Origin: Octopus bimaculoides
Lineage: Eukaryota
DNA length: 64,000 nt
Assembly (NCBI RefSeq): GCF_001194135.2
Contig: NC_069005.1
Location: forward strand, 19,455,338 to 19,519,337
Direction: 5' to 3'
Shown here: positions 63,063-64,000 of the stretch, in pieces
Layout: every line of letters begins with the position of its first letter
How positions within the stretch are numbered: the stretch's first letter is position 1
Made by a program: the position numbers and the translations under genes
The notes under the pieces: model-generated
The model's database searches: none
What the model was told of the DNA's origin: nothing
The model's input: the letters and a program-made list of their open reading frames with translations, nothing else

Positions 63063-64000
63063 ACATTGACGTTATTGGCAGAAAGACACACAGCATGCAA
63101 CTGAGGACCTACCAAAGCTAATGTTGAACAGAGTTTCCTAGCAGAACATTGTGAGACATATCTCAGTTGTGACTGCATGAAGAGAGAGAGAGAGAGAAAG
63201 AAAGAATGATTTTATATATACAGGGTAGCTCAAAAATAGTTATACACTTAAAAATCTATTTATATTTTAGTATGTTTAATCTCATAAATGCTTGAATTAG
63301 CTTTCATCAATTGTGCAACAATCCCCAAAGCTGTCCAGAACAATTGTTTAATTCATTTTATTTTATTTGATATTTTTTATTTTATTTATTACTTATTTTC
63401 TTCTAAATTATAAACTCCTTCCCTATATTTGCTATCCTGTATTTAATGGAGATATTGTTTTGTTTTTCTTTTACTTGCAATTTTTCAATATTATCTTTTT
63501 ATCTTTTACTTGTTTTAGTCATTAGACTGTGGCCATGCTAGGGCACCACCTCAAAGAATTTTAGTCAAATGAATCCAGTGGTGGGGGACATACAAAGACA
63601 CACACACATACATACATACACACACACACACATATATGTATATATATGTGTGTGTGTGTGTGTGTGTATTGAGGAAAAATGTCGTCAGAATTTTGGAAAA
63701 AAATCCTTTTATTTCTTCATTATTATTAGCAATTTCCTTCTTCTCTAGAACTTGTTAAGCACAATTTTGTGAATGTACAAACAGCTTGTTCAATTATATA
63801 AAACATGTTTTGGGGGGATTTTGTTTAGAAGAGAACATTGTTTTTGTTTTTTGGGGTGAGGTTCCAGGACAATGGAGATGGATAGATAGAAATATATATA
63901 GGTAGGTAGGTAGATAGATAGATATCTTTTTATTATAGCCACACAGGGCTAAATACAGAAAATGGACAAATTACAAAGTAGAGCTTTTCTTGGGGGGGGG

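Noticed and set aside
1-64000. CRISPR array, rRNA, intact tRNA genes or a bacterial (HGT) uidA
   Set aside because: Repeats are dispersed SINEs, not repeat-spacer arrays; tRNA-like segments are SINE heads or decayed; the glucuronidase has a signal peptide and spliceosomal introns typical of animal GUSB.

Overview
AT-rich, repeat-dense animal genomic DNA with many N gaps. The SINE families and simple-repeat style suggest an Octopus draft assembly (inference, not verified). Two spliced genes lie on the + strand. (1) The 3' part of an RPA-interacting protein gene (RPAIN-like): 4 exons at 2.6-12.3 kb, with the first and last exons not visible. (2) A lysosomal beta-glucuronidase (GUSB, GH2): 10 visible coding exons from 24953 to 59856 that splice in frame and retain both catalytic glutamates. 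The equivalent of human exon 2 is not in the called bases, and the last exon lies beyond the window or in a gap. The rest is transposon-derived: several tRNA-headed SINE families, RTE, RTE-X and L1/Tx1 LINE fragments, Penelope GIY-YIG fragments, a near full-length decayed DD37E Tc1-like element, DD37D and mariner fragments, hAT, piggyBac and mariner MITEs, a solo LTR and several long fold-back palindromes. The most interesting unexplained signal is a set of minimal Type-I hammerhead-ribozyme-like motifs (CUGANGA...GAAA with a palindromic helix III). Two related copies flank GUSB exon 1, and degenerate copies sit inside fold-backs, one of them next to a Penelope remnant. All calls were made by eye; repeat boundaries are approximate.
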